DNA from: an uncultured Chloroflexia bacterium
Lineage (GTDB): Bacteria > Chloroflexota > Limnocylindria > Limnocylindrales > CSP1-4
Assembly (NCBI GenBank): GCA_963778155.1
Contig: CAVZTK010000006.1
Location: forward strand, 791,962-855,961
Direction of reading: 5' to 3'
Length of the DNA: 64,000 nt
The position numbers and the translations under genes are program-made. Positions 32,912 through 43,496 of this stretch are shown here, in pieces (the first letter of the stretch is position 1; each line of letters starts with the position of its first letter). Under the pieces are notes generated by a model. That model saw only the letters and a program-made list of their open reading frames with translations, searched no databases and was not told the DNA's origin.

Positions 32912-33916
32912 ATGGCGTCAGCCGATCGCCCCCCACTCCGCTACCTCGACGCGGCCGATGTCCTCGCCGCCATGCCGGACCTCGACGACCGCCTGGCCCT
33001 GGCCGAGCGGACGCTGACGGCGCTGGTCGCGGATGCCGAGCTGCCGGCCAAGATCGGCGTCCATCCGCGCCCCGCGGGCTCGTTCGCGCATGCCATGCCC
33101 GCGTACCTGCGCGGCGCCGACGCGGCCGGCCGCGACGACCGGCTCGGGATGAAATGGGTGGCCGGCTTCGCCGCCAACAACGCGCTGGGGTTGCCGGCGA
33201 TCCACGCGGTGGTGATCCTGAACGATGCCGAGACCGGCGCACCGGTCGCGTTCCTCGACGGCGGCCCGATCACGGCGCTTCGGACCGCCGCGGTGTCCGG
33301 CGTGGCCATCCGCCGGTTCGCACCGGTGGTCACCGGCCGAGCGCCCCGCGCCGCGCTCGTCGGTGCCGGGGTCCAGGGCCGGAGCCACCTGGCCGTGCTC
33401 GGCGGGCTGCTCCCCGGGGTGTCGCTGACGCTGTTCGACCGCCACCCGGAGCGGGCCGGTGCCCTGGCCGATGCCGCGCGAGCGACCACGGGCATCGGCG
33501 AGGTCGCGGTCGCGCCGGACGCGCGGTCGGCCGTGCGCGACGCGGACGTGGTCGTCACCGCGGCGTCATTCGGCCCGGTCCGCCAGGTGATGACCAGCGA
33601 CTGGCTCGCTCCGGACGCCCTGGTGGTCCCGGTCGACTACGCGACGTACTGCGCCGCCGAGGTCGCCGCGACCGCCGCCCTGTTCCTCGTCGACGAGCGT
33701 GGCCAGTTCCTGGCCAACCGTGACGCCGGGCAATTCGACGGGTATCCCGACCCGACCGCCACGATCGGCGAGGCGATCCTGGATGGCACGGCGCGGCCGG
33801 CGGCGGGACGGGTCGTGGCGACCCATCTGGGGGTCGGGCTCGCGGACGTGATCTTCGGCACGGCGATCCTCGCGCGCGCCGAGGCGCTCGGTCTCGGGAC
33901 CGTCCTGCCGCGCTGA
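32912..33916 (+). CDS. Ornithine cyclodeaminase / mu-crystallin family protein
   Basis: ATG at 32912, in frame with track ORF 31631..33916. LDGGPITALRTAAVSGVA, the Rossmann motif ALVGAGVQGRSHL, and DVVVTAAS are present. Confidence 0.85.
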   Translation: MASADRPPLRYLDAADVLAAMPDLDDRLALAERTLTALVADAELPAKIGVHPRPAGSFAHAMPAYLRGADAAGRDDRLGMKWVAGFAANNALGLPAIHAVVILNDAETGAPVAFLDGGPITALRTAAVSGVAIRRFAPVVTGRAPRAALVGAGVQGRSHLAVLGGLLPGVSLTLFDRHPERAGALADAARATTGIGEVAVAPDARSAVRDADVVVTAASFGPVRQVMTSDWLAPDALVVPVDYATYCAAEVAATAALFLVDERGQFLANRDAGQFDGYPDPTATIGEAILDGTARPAAGRVVATHLGVGLADVIFGTAILARAEALGLGTVLPR

Positions 33917-33921
33917 GCCGG

Positions 33922-34479
33922 CTAGACCGCCGTCGTCCCCGAGAAGTCCTTGAGCATCGTCTTGGGGAAGGGAGTGCGGACCGGGACGTCCGGGAAGAGC
34001 GTCGCCGCCTCCGTCGTCGGCGAGATCCAGTCGACGAGCAGCCGGTTGACGATGATCGTCGGGATGTCCCGGGCGACGATCGTGCCGGCGACCTCGTAGG
34101 CGATCGTCGCATTGGTCAGCGGGACCATCGGGTCGCGCTGCATGACGCTGGCGACGGCGTCCGCCCCGGGCTTCGCGTGGATCCGGCCGAGGATGAGATA
34201 CGGCCCGATCGACACATGGAGCCGGCTCGTCTGCAGCGAGACGCGCTGCTTCTCGTTGCCGCGCGGCCCCGTGCCGACGACCGCGAGCAGATCGTTCCGC
34301 TCGAGCGACAGGCTGTCGACGGCGGCTCGGTGGCCGTCGGCCAGGCTCTCGCACTCGAGGTGGTGGACGCGGAACCGCTCCTGGCCGTTGAGGAAGTCGG
34401 TCAGGCGCTCGCCGAACATGGTCATCTTGCCGGTGACCGTGCAGTCGCCGGCGAACGCCAGGAACTCGATCGGTTGCAT
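33922..34479 (-). CDS. Hypothetical protein (185 aa), last gene of the suf-Rieske transcription unit
   Basis: Intact ORF with normal amino-acid composition (MQPIEFLAFAGDCTVTGKMTMFGERLTDFLNG...). It lies 66 nt downstream of the Rieske gene. I recognised no family. Confidence 0.55.
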   Translation of the reverse strand: MQPIEFLAFAGDCTVTGKMTMFGERLTDFLNGQERFRVHHLECESLADGHRAAVDSLSLERNDLLAVVGTGPRGNEKQRVSLQTSRLHVSIGPYLILGRIHAKPGADAVASVMQRDPMVPLTNATIAYEVAGTIVARDIPTIIVNRLLVDWISPTTEAATLFPDVPVRTPFPKTMLKDFSGTTAV

Positions 34480-34545
34480 GGTGCGGCCACGGTAGGCGGC
34501 TGATCCGCGCGCCCGTCATCCACCGTTGGTACCGGTGGGTTGGGA

Positions 34546-34881
34546 CTACTCGTTGACCTCGAGCGGTCCGTCGGGGACCTCGATGAGGATCCGGCCCGCC
34601 TCCACGACGACCGGATAGACGGCCAGCGGCAGCTCGGCCGGCGGGTCGAGCGGCTCGCCGCTGTCGAGGTCGAAGCGCGACAGGTGGAGCGCGCAGGTGA
34701 GCGTGCCCGCCGTCAGGAACCCCTTGTCGAGCTCGAAATACTCGTGGCTGCAGATGCCCTGGGTCGCGAACAACCGGCCGTTGGTGTTGACCACGAGGAC
34801 CTGGTCGGTGCCGTCGACCCAGGCCATCTTCATCGTGCCGTCGGGGACCTCGCCGACATCCAGCAGGTCGATCCGTCTCAC
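34546..34881 (-). CDS. Rieske [2Fe-2S] ferredoxin-like protein
   Basis: The GTG at 34881 overlaps the sufD stop (GTGA). The Rieske ligand boxes are CSHEYFEL and CALHLSRF. Confidence 0.85.
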   Translation of the reverse strand: MRRIDLLDVGEVPDGTMKMAWVDGTDQVLVVNTNGRLFATQGICSHEYFELDKGFLTAGTLTCALHLSRFDLDSGEPLDPPAELPLAVYPVVVEAGRILIEVPDGPLEVNE

Positions 34882-36250
34882 GCGGCGGCGGCTGCCCCCG
34901 CCTCGATACCCGCGTCCCACTTGGCCTCGAGCAGCGCCCGCAGGCGATCTTGCGCGTCGACCAGCGGCACGCGCGCGACGACCGGCTCGAGGAAGCCCAT
35001 GACGATGAACTTGCGCGCCTCGTCGGGCGGGATGCCGCGGCTCTCGAGGTAGAACAGCTGCGTCTCGTCGATCGGACCGACCGAGCTGGCGTGGGCGGCC
35101 CGGCGGCAGTCGGGCTGGTCGATCTCGAGGCTGGGGATGGCGACCGAGCGTGTCGCCTTCGAGAGGTTCATCCCGAACTCACCCAGGAAGCTGTCCGTCC
35201 CGACCGCGCTGCGGTCGATGACGATCATCCCCTTCATGAACGAGCGCGCCCGATCGAGCAACGCGCCCTTCGACAGCAGGTTGCCGGTGGTGTCGCGACC
35301 GGCGTGGTGCGTGTAGGACGTCAGGTCGAACAGCTGGTCCGTTCCGCCGAACACGATCTCGACCTGCTCGACGGAGCTCCGGTCGCCGATCAGGTGGTTA
35401 TCCACCCGGCTGCGCACGAGGCGCGAGCCGAGCTGTGCGAGCGCCCAGTGGAGCGTCGCCCCCTCGCCGACCTGGGCAGTCCGATGCTGGAAGGCGACGG
35501 CCGTGACCGGCAGCTCCTGGAGGCTCGAGACCTCGAGCCTCGAGCCGCGGCCGAGGTGCACCTCGAGCGTGCCGGCCAGGAACGACTGGGCGGCGTCGGG
35601 CGCTGCCGCATCGGACGCGACGAGCTCCTCGAGCACGGTCGCGGACGCGTCGTCCCCCAGCGCGATGACGGTCCGCGACAGGAGCGCGCGGTCGGGGGCG
35701 CCGGCCCGCCAACGGACGATGATCGGCCGTGCAAGGCGGACGCCATCGGGGATGTCGAGCACGACCCCCTGCGACCACAGTGCGCGGGTCAGCTGCGCGA
35801 ATCGGTCGTCGACGGGCAGATGCGCGCCGCCGTCGAGCAGCGCGCGGACGCGGCCCGGCGCGCGGGGTGCGAGATCGGCGATGGTCGTGAGCTCCACCCC
35901 GGCCGCGATCGCCTCGGGCGACAGGGCGGCCTCGGTGACGTCACCCTCGTCGACGACCAGCAGGCCATCGGTATCGGGCGGCAGCGCGGTGACGACGCGG
36001 GTGGTGCGGGGCCGGCGGACGAGCGCCGCGGTCTCGAGCGCGACCGCGCGCAGGTCGATGTAGGTCGTGTACAGCAGGTTCGACTCGGCCGGCAGCGACT
36101 CGAATGCGTCGAAGGCGGCGCGGCGGTCCTCCGCGAGCCAGTCAGCCGTTCCCTCGATCGTCCCGATGTCGTCGAGATCGTCGCGCGTCACCGGGAGGGA
36201 GAAGTCGGTGAGCCCCCGTCGAGCAGGGCGCGGCCGCGGTGACGCGACCG

Positions 36251-36254
<4 letters not shown>
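34878..36254 (-). CDS. sufD: Fe-S cluster assembly protein SufD
   Basis: The ATG at 36254 overlaps the sufB stop (ATGA). The C-terminus reads GRDTTGNLLSKGALLDRARSFMKGMIVI...AHASSVGPIDETQLFYLESRGIPPDEARKFIVMGF. The 946-aa track ORF is a chimera that extends out of frame over sufB. Confidence 0.9.
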
Positions 36255-37654
<1,400 letters not shown>

Positions 37655-37719
37655 CTGGTCTCCGGTCGTTCGTGCGGCGCCCGGCGCCGCGGCTGGCCCG
37701 TTCGTCGGGCTCGGTCATC

Positions 37720-37746
37720 TAATTCCGAGTCAGATTATCGGGATTA
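37720..37746. promoter_or_regulatory. AT-rich imperfect inverted repeat upstream of sufB (candidate operator)
   Basis: TAATTCCGA-N9-TCGGGATTA, with one mismatch between the arms. It lies 66-92 nt upstream of the sufB start, in an otherwise very GC-rich spacer. Confidence 0.3.
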
Positions 37747-37999
37747 GCGGCGCGGGCGTCAACGAGGGGCGGAATGATCACCCCAGATGAGCGACGACGC
37801 GTCGCGATGGCCCGACAGTAGGACCCCGATGAAATCGGCACGACGGGAGCGCATACTGTCGTTTGGCCCCGGCGATCCCCGCAACTCGCGGGTCCGACGC
37901 CCGGGTCCATCCCCAGCCTCGGGATCGGGTCGACATCGTGGAGGACTTGCCCCCCAATTGAGGTGGGTCAAGGTCGTCCAACGAAAGGGGATCACCACG

Positions 38000-38281
38000 A
38001 TGATGCGTCGCCGAGGCGGCATCGTCCGCATGGCCGCCACCACCGCCGTCGTTGCCGGTACGGCTGGAGCCGTCAGTCACCATCAGCAACAGAAGTACGC
38101 GAACCAGGACGCCCAGCAGCAGGCCGCCGCGGAGCAGGCCGCGGCTCCTGCCGAGGCCGCCCCGGCCGCAGCGGAAGACCCGCAGACCGCGCAGCTCGAG
38201 AAGCTCGCCCAGCTGCATGCCCAGGGCATCCTCACCGACGCGGAGTACTCGTCGGCCAAAGCGAAGGCGCTCGGCATCTAG
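38000..38281 (+). CDS. SHOCT-domain small protein (paralog 1)
   Basis: GAAAGGGGA SD and ATGATG at 38000. The N-terminus reads MMRRRGGIVRMAATTAVVAGTAGAVSHHQQQKYANQ. The C-terminal SHOCT motif is LEKLAQLHAQGILTDAEYSSAKAKALGI. Confidence 0.8.
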   Translation: MMRRRGGIVRMAATTAVVAGTAGAVSHHQQQKYANQDAQQQAAAEQAAAPAEAAPAAAEDPQTAQLEKLAQLHAQGILTDAEYSSAKAKALGI

Positions 38282-38393
38282 CGCGCTGGCACACTCGAGG
38301 CGAGCGTGCCCGAAACTCGGGCGCGGCTTCTAGCCGAGCCCGAGCACAGCCGAGATCATGTCGCGAGACAAGTCGAGTCAGAAGGAGCTTGAA

Positions 38394-38606
38394 ATGCCGC
38401 TCAGGAAAGCAGTCGTCGCCGCCGCGGTCGTCAAGCCGGGACCGTCGCCCGTCGCCAAGGCCGCAGTCGTCGGCGCCGCCGTCAAGCCGGGTCCGTCGCC
38501 CGTCGCCAAGGCCGCCGTCGTCGGCGCCGCGGTCAAGCCGGGTCCGTCGCCCGTCGCCAAGGCGGCCGTCGTCGGCGCAGTCGTCAGGCCGGGTCGCCGC
38601 CGCTAG
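38394..38606 (+). CDS. Small repeat protein (70 aa) built from 17-aa VKPGPSPVAKAAVVGAA units
   Basis: AAGGAG lies 7 nt before the ATG at 38394. Four of the five differences between the repeat copies fall at third codon positions of this frame, which supports plus-strand coding. Confidence 0.6.
   Translation: MPLRKAVVAAAVVKPGPSPVAKAAVVGAAVKPGPSPVAKAAVVGAAVKPGPSPVAKAAVVGAVVRPGRRR
38430..38582 (+). repeat. Three tandem 51-bp repeats, followed by a degenerate partial copy
   Basis: GTCAAGCCGGG(A/T)CCGTCGCCCGTCGCCAAGGC(C/G)GC(A/C)GTCGTCGGCGC... is repeated at 38430, 38481 and 38532. Confidence 0.9.
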
Positions 38607-38792
38607 GCGTCTGCGAGGAGAGTCGGCTCGAGCTGATCAGACGCACCTCTGCCTTGCGGGTGCGTCTGATCCATCGCCGCGCGACCTGTGTTGGCGTGAC
38701 CCCCGCTGAGTGCCGGGTGTGCGACCCTTCGTCTCGGTAGCGGTCGGCCCCGCCCCGCTCGGTTGAGCCAGGCGCAGCACGCTGGAGGCGAC

Positions 38793-39158
38793 ATGGATTT
38801 CGAGCAGGGTCTTGACGGGGCGGTGCGACTGTTCGAGGTCGCCGGCGTCGGGATCCTGGTCGCGGGTGGCATCGTCAGTGCCGTTGCCTATGCTCGCCAG
38901 CTGACGAGCGGGGTGCCGCGGCAGGCCGCCTACACGGCCTTGCGCCACAACCTCGGCCGGACGATCCTGCTCGGCCTGGAGATCCTGATCGTGGCCGACA
39001 TCATCCTGACCGTCACGATCGATCAGACGCTCGAAAGCGCCGCGACACTCGGTCTCATCGTCCTCGTCCGGACGTTCCTGAGCTTCTCGCTCGACATCGA
39101 GATGGACGGCGTCGTGCCCTGGCGACGCCGCGCCTCGGAGGCCCCGCCAGGGCCGTGA
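38793..39158 (+). CDS. DUF1622-like membrane protein
   Basis: GGAGG lies 5 nt before the ATG at 38793. LGRTILLGLEILIVADIILTV and LGLIVLVRTFLSFSLDIE are typical of this family. Confidence 0.7.
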   Translation: MDFEQGLDGAVRLFEVAGVGILVAGGIVSAVAYARQLTSGVPRQAAYTALRHNLGRTILLGLEILIVADIILTVTIDQTLESAATLGLIVLVRTFLSFSLDIEMDGVVPWRRRASEAPPGP

Positions 39159-39177
39159 CCGACGGGCGCCGTCGGTC
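39157..39177. terminator. Hairpin between convergent genes
   Basis: GACCGACGG-GCG-CCGTCGGTC forms a perfect 9-bp stem that overlaps the stop of the DUF1622-like gene. Confidence 0.45.
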
Positions 39178-39197
39178 GGGCCCAGGCGGTCGCCCGA

Positions 39198-39848
39198 TCA
39201 GCTGCCGCTGGGTGTCGTCGCCTCGGCTTCCGTCGCAGCCTCCTTGATCGCGGTCGCCGTCGTCTCGTCGACGGACACCGTCTTGACCTCCTGGGCGTCA
39301 GGCATCTTGGCCGTGACGGCCGGCACGTCGGCCGCGGTCACCAGGGCCATGACCCCGGAGGTACCCGGCGTGATGACGCCCTTGAGCTCCTCCTCGACGT
39401 CGAGCCGGTGCGACAGGTTGCGCGCCTTGCCGGCGGCAGCCCCGGCCACCCCGAGCGCGACCGCGCCGGCCACGATGGTCGCCGGCAGGAAGACGGCCGC
39501 GACCACGCCGCCGACGATCCCCCACTTGAGCCCGGTCCGGGTGCTGTGGTCGGTCATCTTCTCGACGTGGATCCGACCGTCGTCGTCTGCCTTGACCACG
39601 AGAACGCTGTCGATGTGGACGGTCCCGTCGATCTCGGCCATCAGCAGGTTCTCGTAGATCGCCCGCGCTGACGTCGTGTCGGCGAACCTGGCCACCACCA
39701 GGGCGTGGTCGCCCTGGATCGCGACTGCACCCTCGGCAAGGACCCCTTCCTCGTCGGCCACGGTGCCGCCGACCACCACGATGTCATCGGAGTAGGCGCC
39801 GTGCGTGGTCGTGCTGTCTGCGGGCGTCGGCTTGGTCTCATCGGACAT
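39198..39848 (-). CDS. DUF1269-like membrane protein (general-stress type)
   Basis: AGGAGGA SD and ATG at 39848. A soluble N-domain (ALVVARFADTTSARAIYENLL...VLVVKADDDGRIHVEK) precedes the Gly-rich TM pair GLKWGIVGGVVAAVFLPATIVAGAVALGVAGAAAGK. Confidence 0.75.
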   Translation of the reverse strand: MSDETKPTPADSTTTHGAYSDDIVVVGGTVADEEGVLAEGAVAIQGDHALVVARFADTTSARAIYENLLMAEIDGTVHIDSVLVVKADDDGRIHVEKMTDHSTRTGLKWGIVGGVVAAVFLPATIVAGAVALGVAGAAAGKARNLSHRLDVEEELKGVITPGTSGVMALVTAADVPAVTAKMPDAQEVKTVSVDETTATAIKEAATEAEATTPSGS

Positions 39849-40068
39849 GTCGGTCCTCCTTCTTCCCGCTCCCCCGAGCAGGTCCCCGTGTTCGTGCGTC
39901 GTCGATCGGTCGAGCGAGAGTGCCCGGGGCGGCGATCGAGCGGCAGCGGAGGTGTCATCGTAGCCCCCGGAGCGCCGGACGTTTTCGTCCGTTGCGGACG
40001 AGCCCGCCCGCCTATCCTTGCCGGACAGTGAGGGCTGGACTGGCGGCGACCGAGGGAGGCACACGACG

Positions 40069-42238
40069 ATGAGCCGATTGATCGGCTTCTACGGGACCCA
40101 GCTGCGCGTGCTCTGGGAGTGGCGCGGTGGTCCGTGGGCGCTCGTGCGCCGGCTGATCCTGACGTTCGCGGTCGCGATCGTCTCGTTCCTGGTGACCGCC
40201 TGGCTGATGCCGCGTTTCACCGTCGACGGCTTCTCGAGCGCCGCGCTGGCCGTCGTCCTTCTCTCGCTGTTCAACGCAGCCGTCCGCCCGGTCGTCCTGG
40301 CGCTCGCCGCGCCGGTCTCGCTCATCCTGGTCGGGGTCCTGGTCCTCGTGCTCCAGGTCGTCTCGTTCGTCGTCGTCGTCCAGTGGGCGCCGGGCGTCCA
40401 CGTCGACGGGTTCGGGACCGCCCTCGTCGCCTCGTTCGTCTACGCCATCGTCAACACGATCCTGACCGCGGTCCTCGGCGTCGACCGCGGCGGCTCGTAC
40501 TACGGACTCCTCGTCCAGCGATTGCTGGTCCAGCGCTCGCAGGGCCACACCGACAAGCCGGGCCTCGTGATCGTCCAGATCGACGGCCTCGCGCATCCGA
40601 TCCTGGCCGGTCGGATGCGCGCCGGATCGGTCAACACGATGGCCGGCATGGTCCGCGACGGCAGCCACAAGCTGTCGAAGTGGGAGGCGATCCTGCCGTC
40701 GATGACGTCGGGCAGCCAGGCCGGCATCCTCCACGGCAACAACGACGGCATCCCGGCCTTCCGCTGGTACGAACGCGACCGCGAGCACCTGATGGCGTCG
40801 AGCAACCCGGCCGACGCGACGCTGATCGTGTCGCGCATCTCGAATGGCGAAGGGCCTGCTGTCGAACAACGGCGCCAGCATCTGCAACCTGCTGACCGGC
40901 GACGCGACGCGGTCGTACCTGACGACCGCGGCGATCAAGGCCGAGGGTGGCGGGATCGGCGACAGCCAGGCGTTCATGTCGTTCTTCTTCAGCCCGACCG
41001 GCTATCTCCGCTCGTTCACGCTGTTCCTCGGCGAGGTCATCAAGGAGCAGTACCAGGCCTTCCGGACCCGGCGAGCCGGTGTGCGCCCGCAGATGCATCG
41101 TGGCCTCAAGTACGCCGGGATGCGGGCAGCCAGCAACGTCATCCTGCGCGACGTCAATGTCGCGCTGATCATCGAGGAGATGTATCGCGGCACGAACGTC
41201 ATCTACGCCGACTTCACCGACTACGACGAGCTCGCCCATCACTGCGGGCCCGAGCGGGTCGAATCGTTCGAGGCGCTCGACGGCGTCGACAAGGCCATCG
41301 CCTCGCTCGTCAAGGCGACCGAAGAGGCGCCCCGACCGTACAGGTTCATCATCCTGTCGGACCACGGCCAGAGCCTCGGCGAGACGTTCCTGCAGCGCTA
41401 CGGGGTCAGCCTCGGCGAGCTCGTCCGCAGCCTGATGAGCGGGCGAGCGACGCTGATCCAGACCAAGACCAAGGCCGAGGGCTCGGTGTTCGTGAACTCG
41501 TTCCTGTCCGAGATCACACGGAGCAAGGGCGTCGGCCCGACGGTCGCGCGGGCGGCCTTCGCCAGCAAGACGACCGACGGCGTGGTCGATCTCGACAGCG
41601 ACGACGAGCCGGCGGAGGCCGCGGTCGCCGATGCCAGCTCGATCGCGGTCGTCGGCTCCGGCAACCTCGGGCTCGTCTACTTCACCGGCCACGACCATCG
41701 CCTGACGGTCGAGGAGCTCGAGACGCTCCACCCCGGGCTCGTCGCGTCGGTCGCGGCCCATCCCGGCGTGGGGCTGCTGATGGTCCGCTCGTCGGAGTTC
41801 GGCGCGATCGTGTTCGGGCCGCGGGGGACGCGCTTCCTCGACACCGACAAGGTCGAGGGCGAGGACCCCACGACATTGTTCGGGCCGCACACGGTGATGA
41901 GCCTCAAGCGCGAGGACGCGATGACGCACGCTCCGGACCTGCTGCTCCTCAGCCAGTACGACCCGGAGCTCGGCGAGGTGGCGGCGTTCGAGGAGCTGAT
42001 CGGCTCTCACGGTGGGCTCGGCGGCCCGCAGACCGAGCCGTTCATCCTCCACCCGGTCGAGTGGCAGCTCGACGAGGAGATCCCGCTCGGGGCGCCGGCT
42101 ATCTATCGCAATATCCGGCGGTGGCTCAGCTCGGCAGGCATCGAGCTCGGCAAGCCGACAGCTGGGGGTACGGTCGCGGCCGGCGCCGCGACACGCACCG
42201 CGGACACGGCGGGCACGGAGCCCGCATCGGCCGGCTGA
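40069..42238 (+). pseudogene. Fusion of a holin-like 4-TM domain and an alkaline-phosphatase/nucleotide-pyrophosphatase-superfamily domain, one frame break
   Basis: GAGGGAGG SD and ATG at 40069. N-terminal TM bundle. Then VIVQIDGLAHPIL...ILPSMTSGSQAGILHGNNDGIPAFRW, and in the second frame ADFTDYDELAHHCGP...ILSDHGQS...ELIGSHGGLGG. Track ORFs 40018..42306 and 40844..42238 join as SNGEG|LLSNNGAS after removing one G from the GGG at 40851-40853. Confidence 0.8.
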
Positions 42239-42242
42239 GTCC

Positions 42243-42725
42243 GTGGCCAAGATCCACTACGAGGCGGATGGCGCGATCCCGGCCGCGCGGTTCATCGCCG
42301 CGCTGACCGATTTCGGGCCGCGCCGACCGGAGCTCTGGCCGGGACTCGACACGAAGTTCTACACGGTGCACGAAGTCGGCGACACGTGGGCCGACGTCAC
42401 CGAGGGGACCGACGTCCTGGGCGGCGTCTGGGCGCGCGAGCACTACGACTGGTCGGAGCCGGGCCTCGTCCGGCTTCGACTGATGGATTCGAACGACTTC
42501 CGGTCGGGGACGGTCATCGACTACCACGTGACCGACCGCCAGGGCGGCGGCTGCCACGTGGCGGTCGACTTCCAGCGTGTGGCCACGAGCGCCCGCGGCA
42601 AGTTCGTCGGGTTCGCTGTCCAGCTGACCGGCTCCCGCCGGTTTGCCGCTGAGCTGCGCCAGGCGCTCGATCGACTCGCGAAGGCGCCGATCGAACCGCC
42701 GGCCGATCCGCCGAGCGCGGGCTAG
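42243..42725 (+). CDS. SRPBCC (START/polyketide-cyclase-like) family protein
   Basis: The GTG at 42243 lies 4 nt after the previous stop. The 160-aa product has a pattern typical of SRPBCC ligand-binding proteins (FIAALTDFGPRRPELWP...VAVDFQRV). Confidence 0.6.
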   Translation: MAKIHYEADGAIPAARFIAALTDFGPRRPELWPGLDTKFYTVHEVGDTWADVTEGTDVLGGVWAREHYDWSEPGLVRLRLMDSNDFRSGTVIDYHVTDRQGGGCHVAVDFQRVATSARGKFVGFAVQLTGSRRFAAELRQALDRLAKAPIEPPADPPSAG

Positions 42726-42755
42726 CGGGACGGCCGACCGATCCTCAGCCCGCGA

Positions 42756-43307
42756 TCAGTCGCGGGCGTGCGCCTCTTCGCGGGCCTGGTTACCGTTCTG
42801 GTCGGCGCCCAGTCCGGCGGGATAGCCGGTCGCTTCGATCGGCGTCGCGTCGGTGAACGGCGATGCCTCGATCTCGGCGGTCGGGGCCGCGTCGAACGCG
42901 ACCGCGTCATCAGGCCCGACGTCGAGCGAGTCGTCGGCCGCAGCCCGCATCGTGGTCACGCGCTCTCGGACGGCTGCCGCGCCGGCGGACAGCCGGGCAC
43001 GGACGGCCTCGTTGGACAGGACCGCGACCGCGATACCGGCAACGACCAGGCCGCCGATCGCGAGCGGCCAGCGGGGCCGCCTGGCGCGCGGCACCAGGTG
43101 GAGCGCGACGGCCGCTGCGGTCGCCAGCCGGCCGAGCGACTGCGTCGCCTGATCGACGTTCGGGCGCTCGATCCTGCTGAGGTCGACCTCCGGCATCTTG
43201 ACGTCGGGCATCCTGATGTCAGACAGGGCGCGGACGATGTCCTCGCGCTTGATCTCGGGGAGATGGAGCTCCGGCGGGCGGACCTCCTTGACGGGGAGCT
43301 CAGGCAT
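42756..43307 (-). CDS. Hypothetical single-pass membrane protein
   Basis: AAGGAGGAG SD before the ATG at 43307. The N-terminus has repeated P-E/D-V/I-K motifs. The TM helix is WPLAIGGLVVAGIAVAVL. Confidence 0.55.
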   Translation of the reverse strand: MPELPVKEVRPPELHLPEIKREDIVRALSDIRMPDVKMPEVDLSRIERPNVDQATQSLGRLATAAAVALHLVPRARRPRWPLAIGGLVVAGIAVAVLSNEAVRARLSAGAAAVRERVTTMRAAADDSLDVGPDDAVAFDAAPTAEIEASPFTDATPIEATGYPAGLGADQNGNQAREEAHARD

Positions 43308-43496
43308 CTGACTCCTCCTTCGTGCGGGGTCTGCGTGGACCCCAAGGATACGCCCGGTGTCCGCCCGGGAGACCGGGCGGCGCGTTACAGTATCGGCTCA
43401 CGACCTTGCGAATACGGGTTTCCGCCACCCGATGTGGTGGCTGCCGAGGGGGCGGCGATCGATGCACCAGACGACGTCCTATGGGGCGGATCCACG

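Noticed and set aside
40069-40560. A holin-like 4-TM domain, considered as a hint of a prophage or lysis cassette.
   Set aside because: It is fused to an alkaline-phosphatase-superfamily domain. It has no neighbouring endolysin, terminase, capsid, integrase or att-like repeats. The SHOCT paralogs flanking the region are diverged genes and not recent direct repeats.
42480-42500. A GTTCGAATCC string on the minus strand, resembling a tRNA T-loop.
   Set aside because: The flanking bases cannot form a T-stem, and there is no acceptor or anticodon arm. It lies inside the SRPBCC coding sequence.
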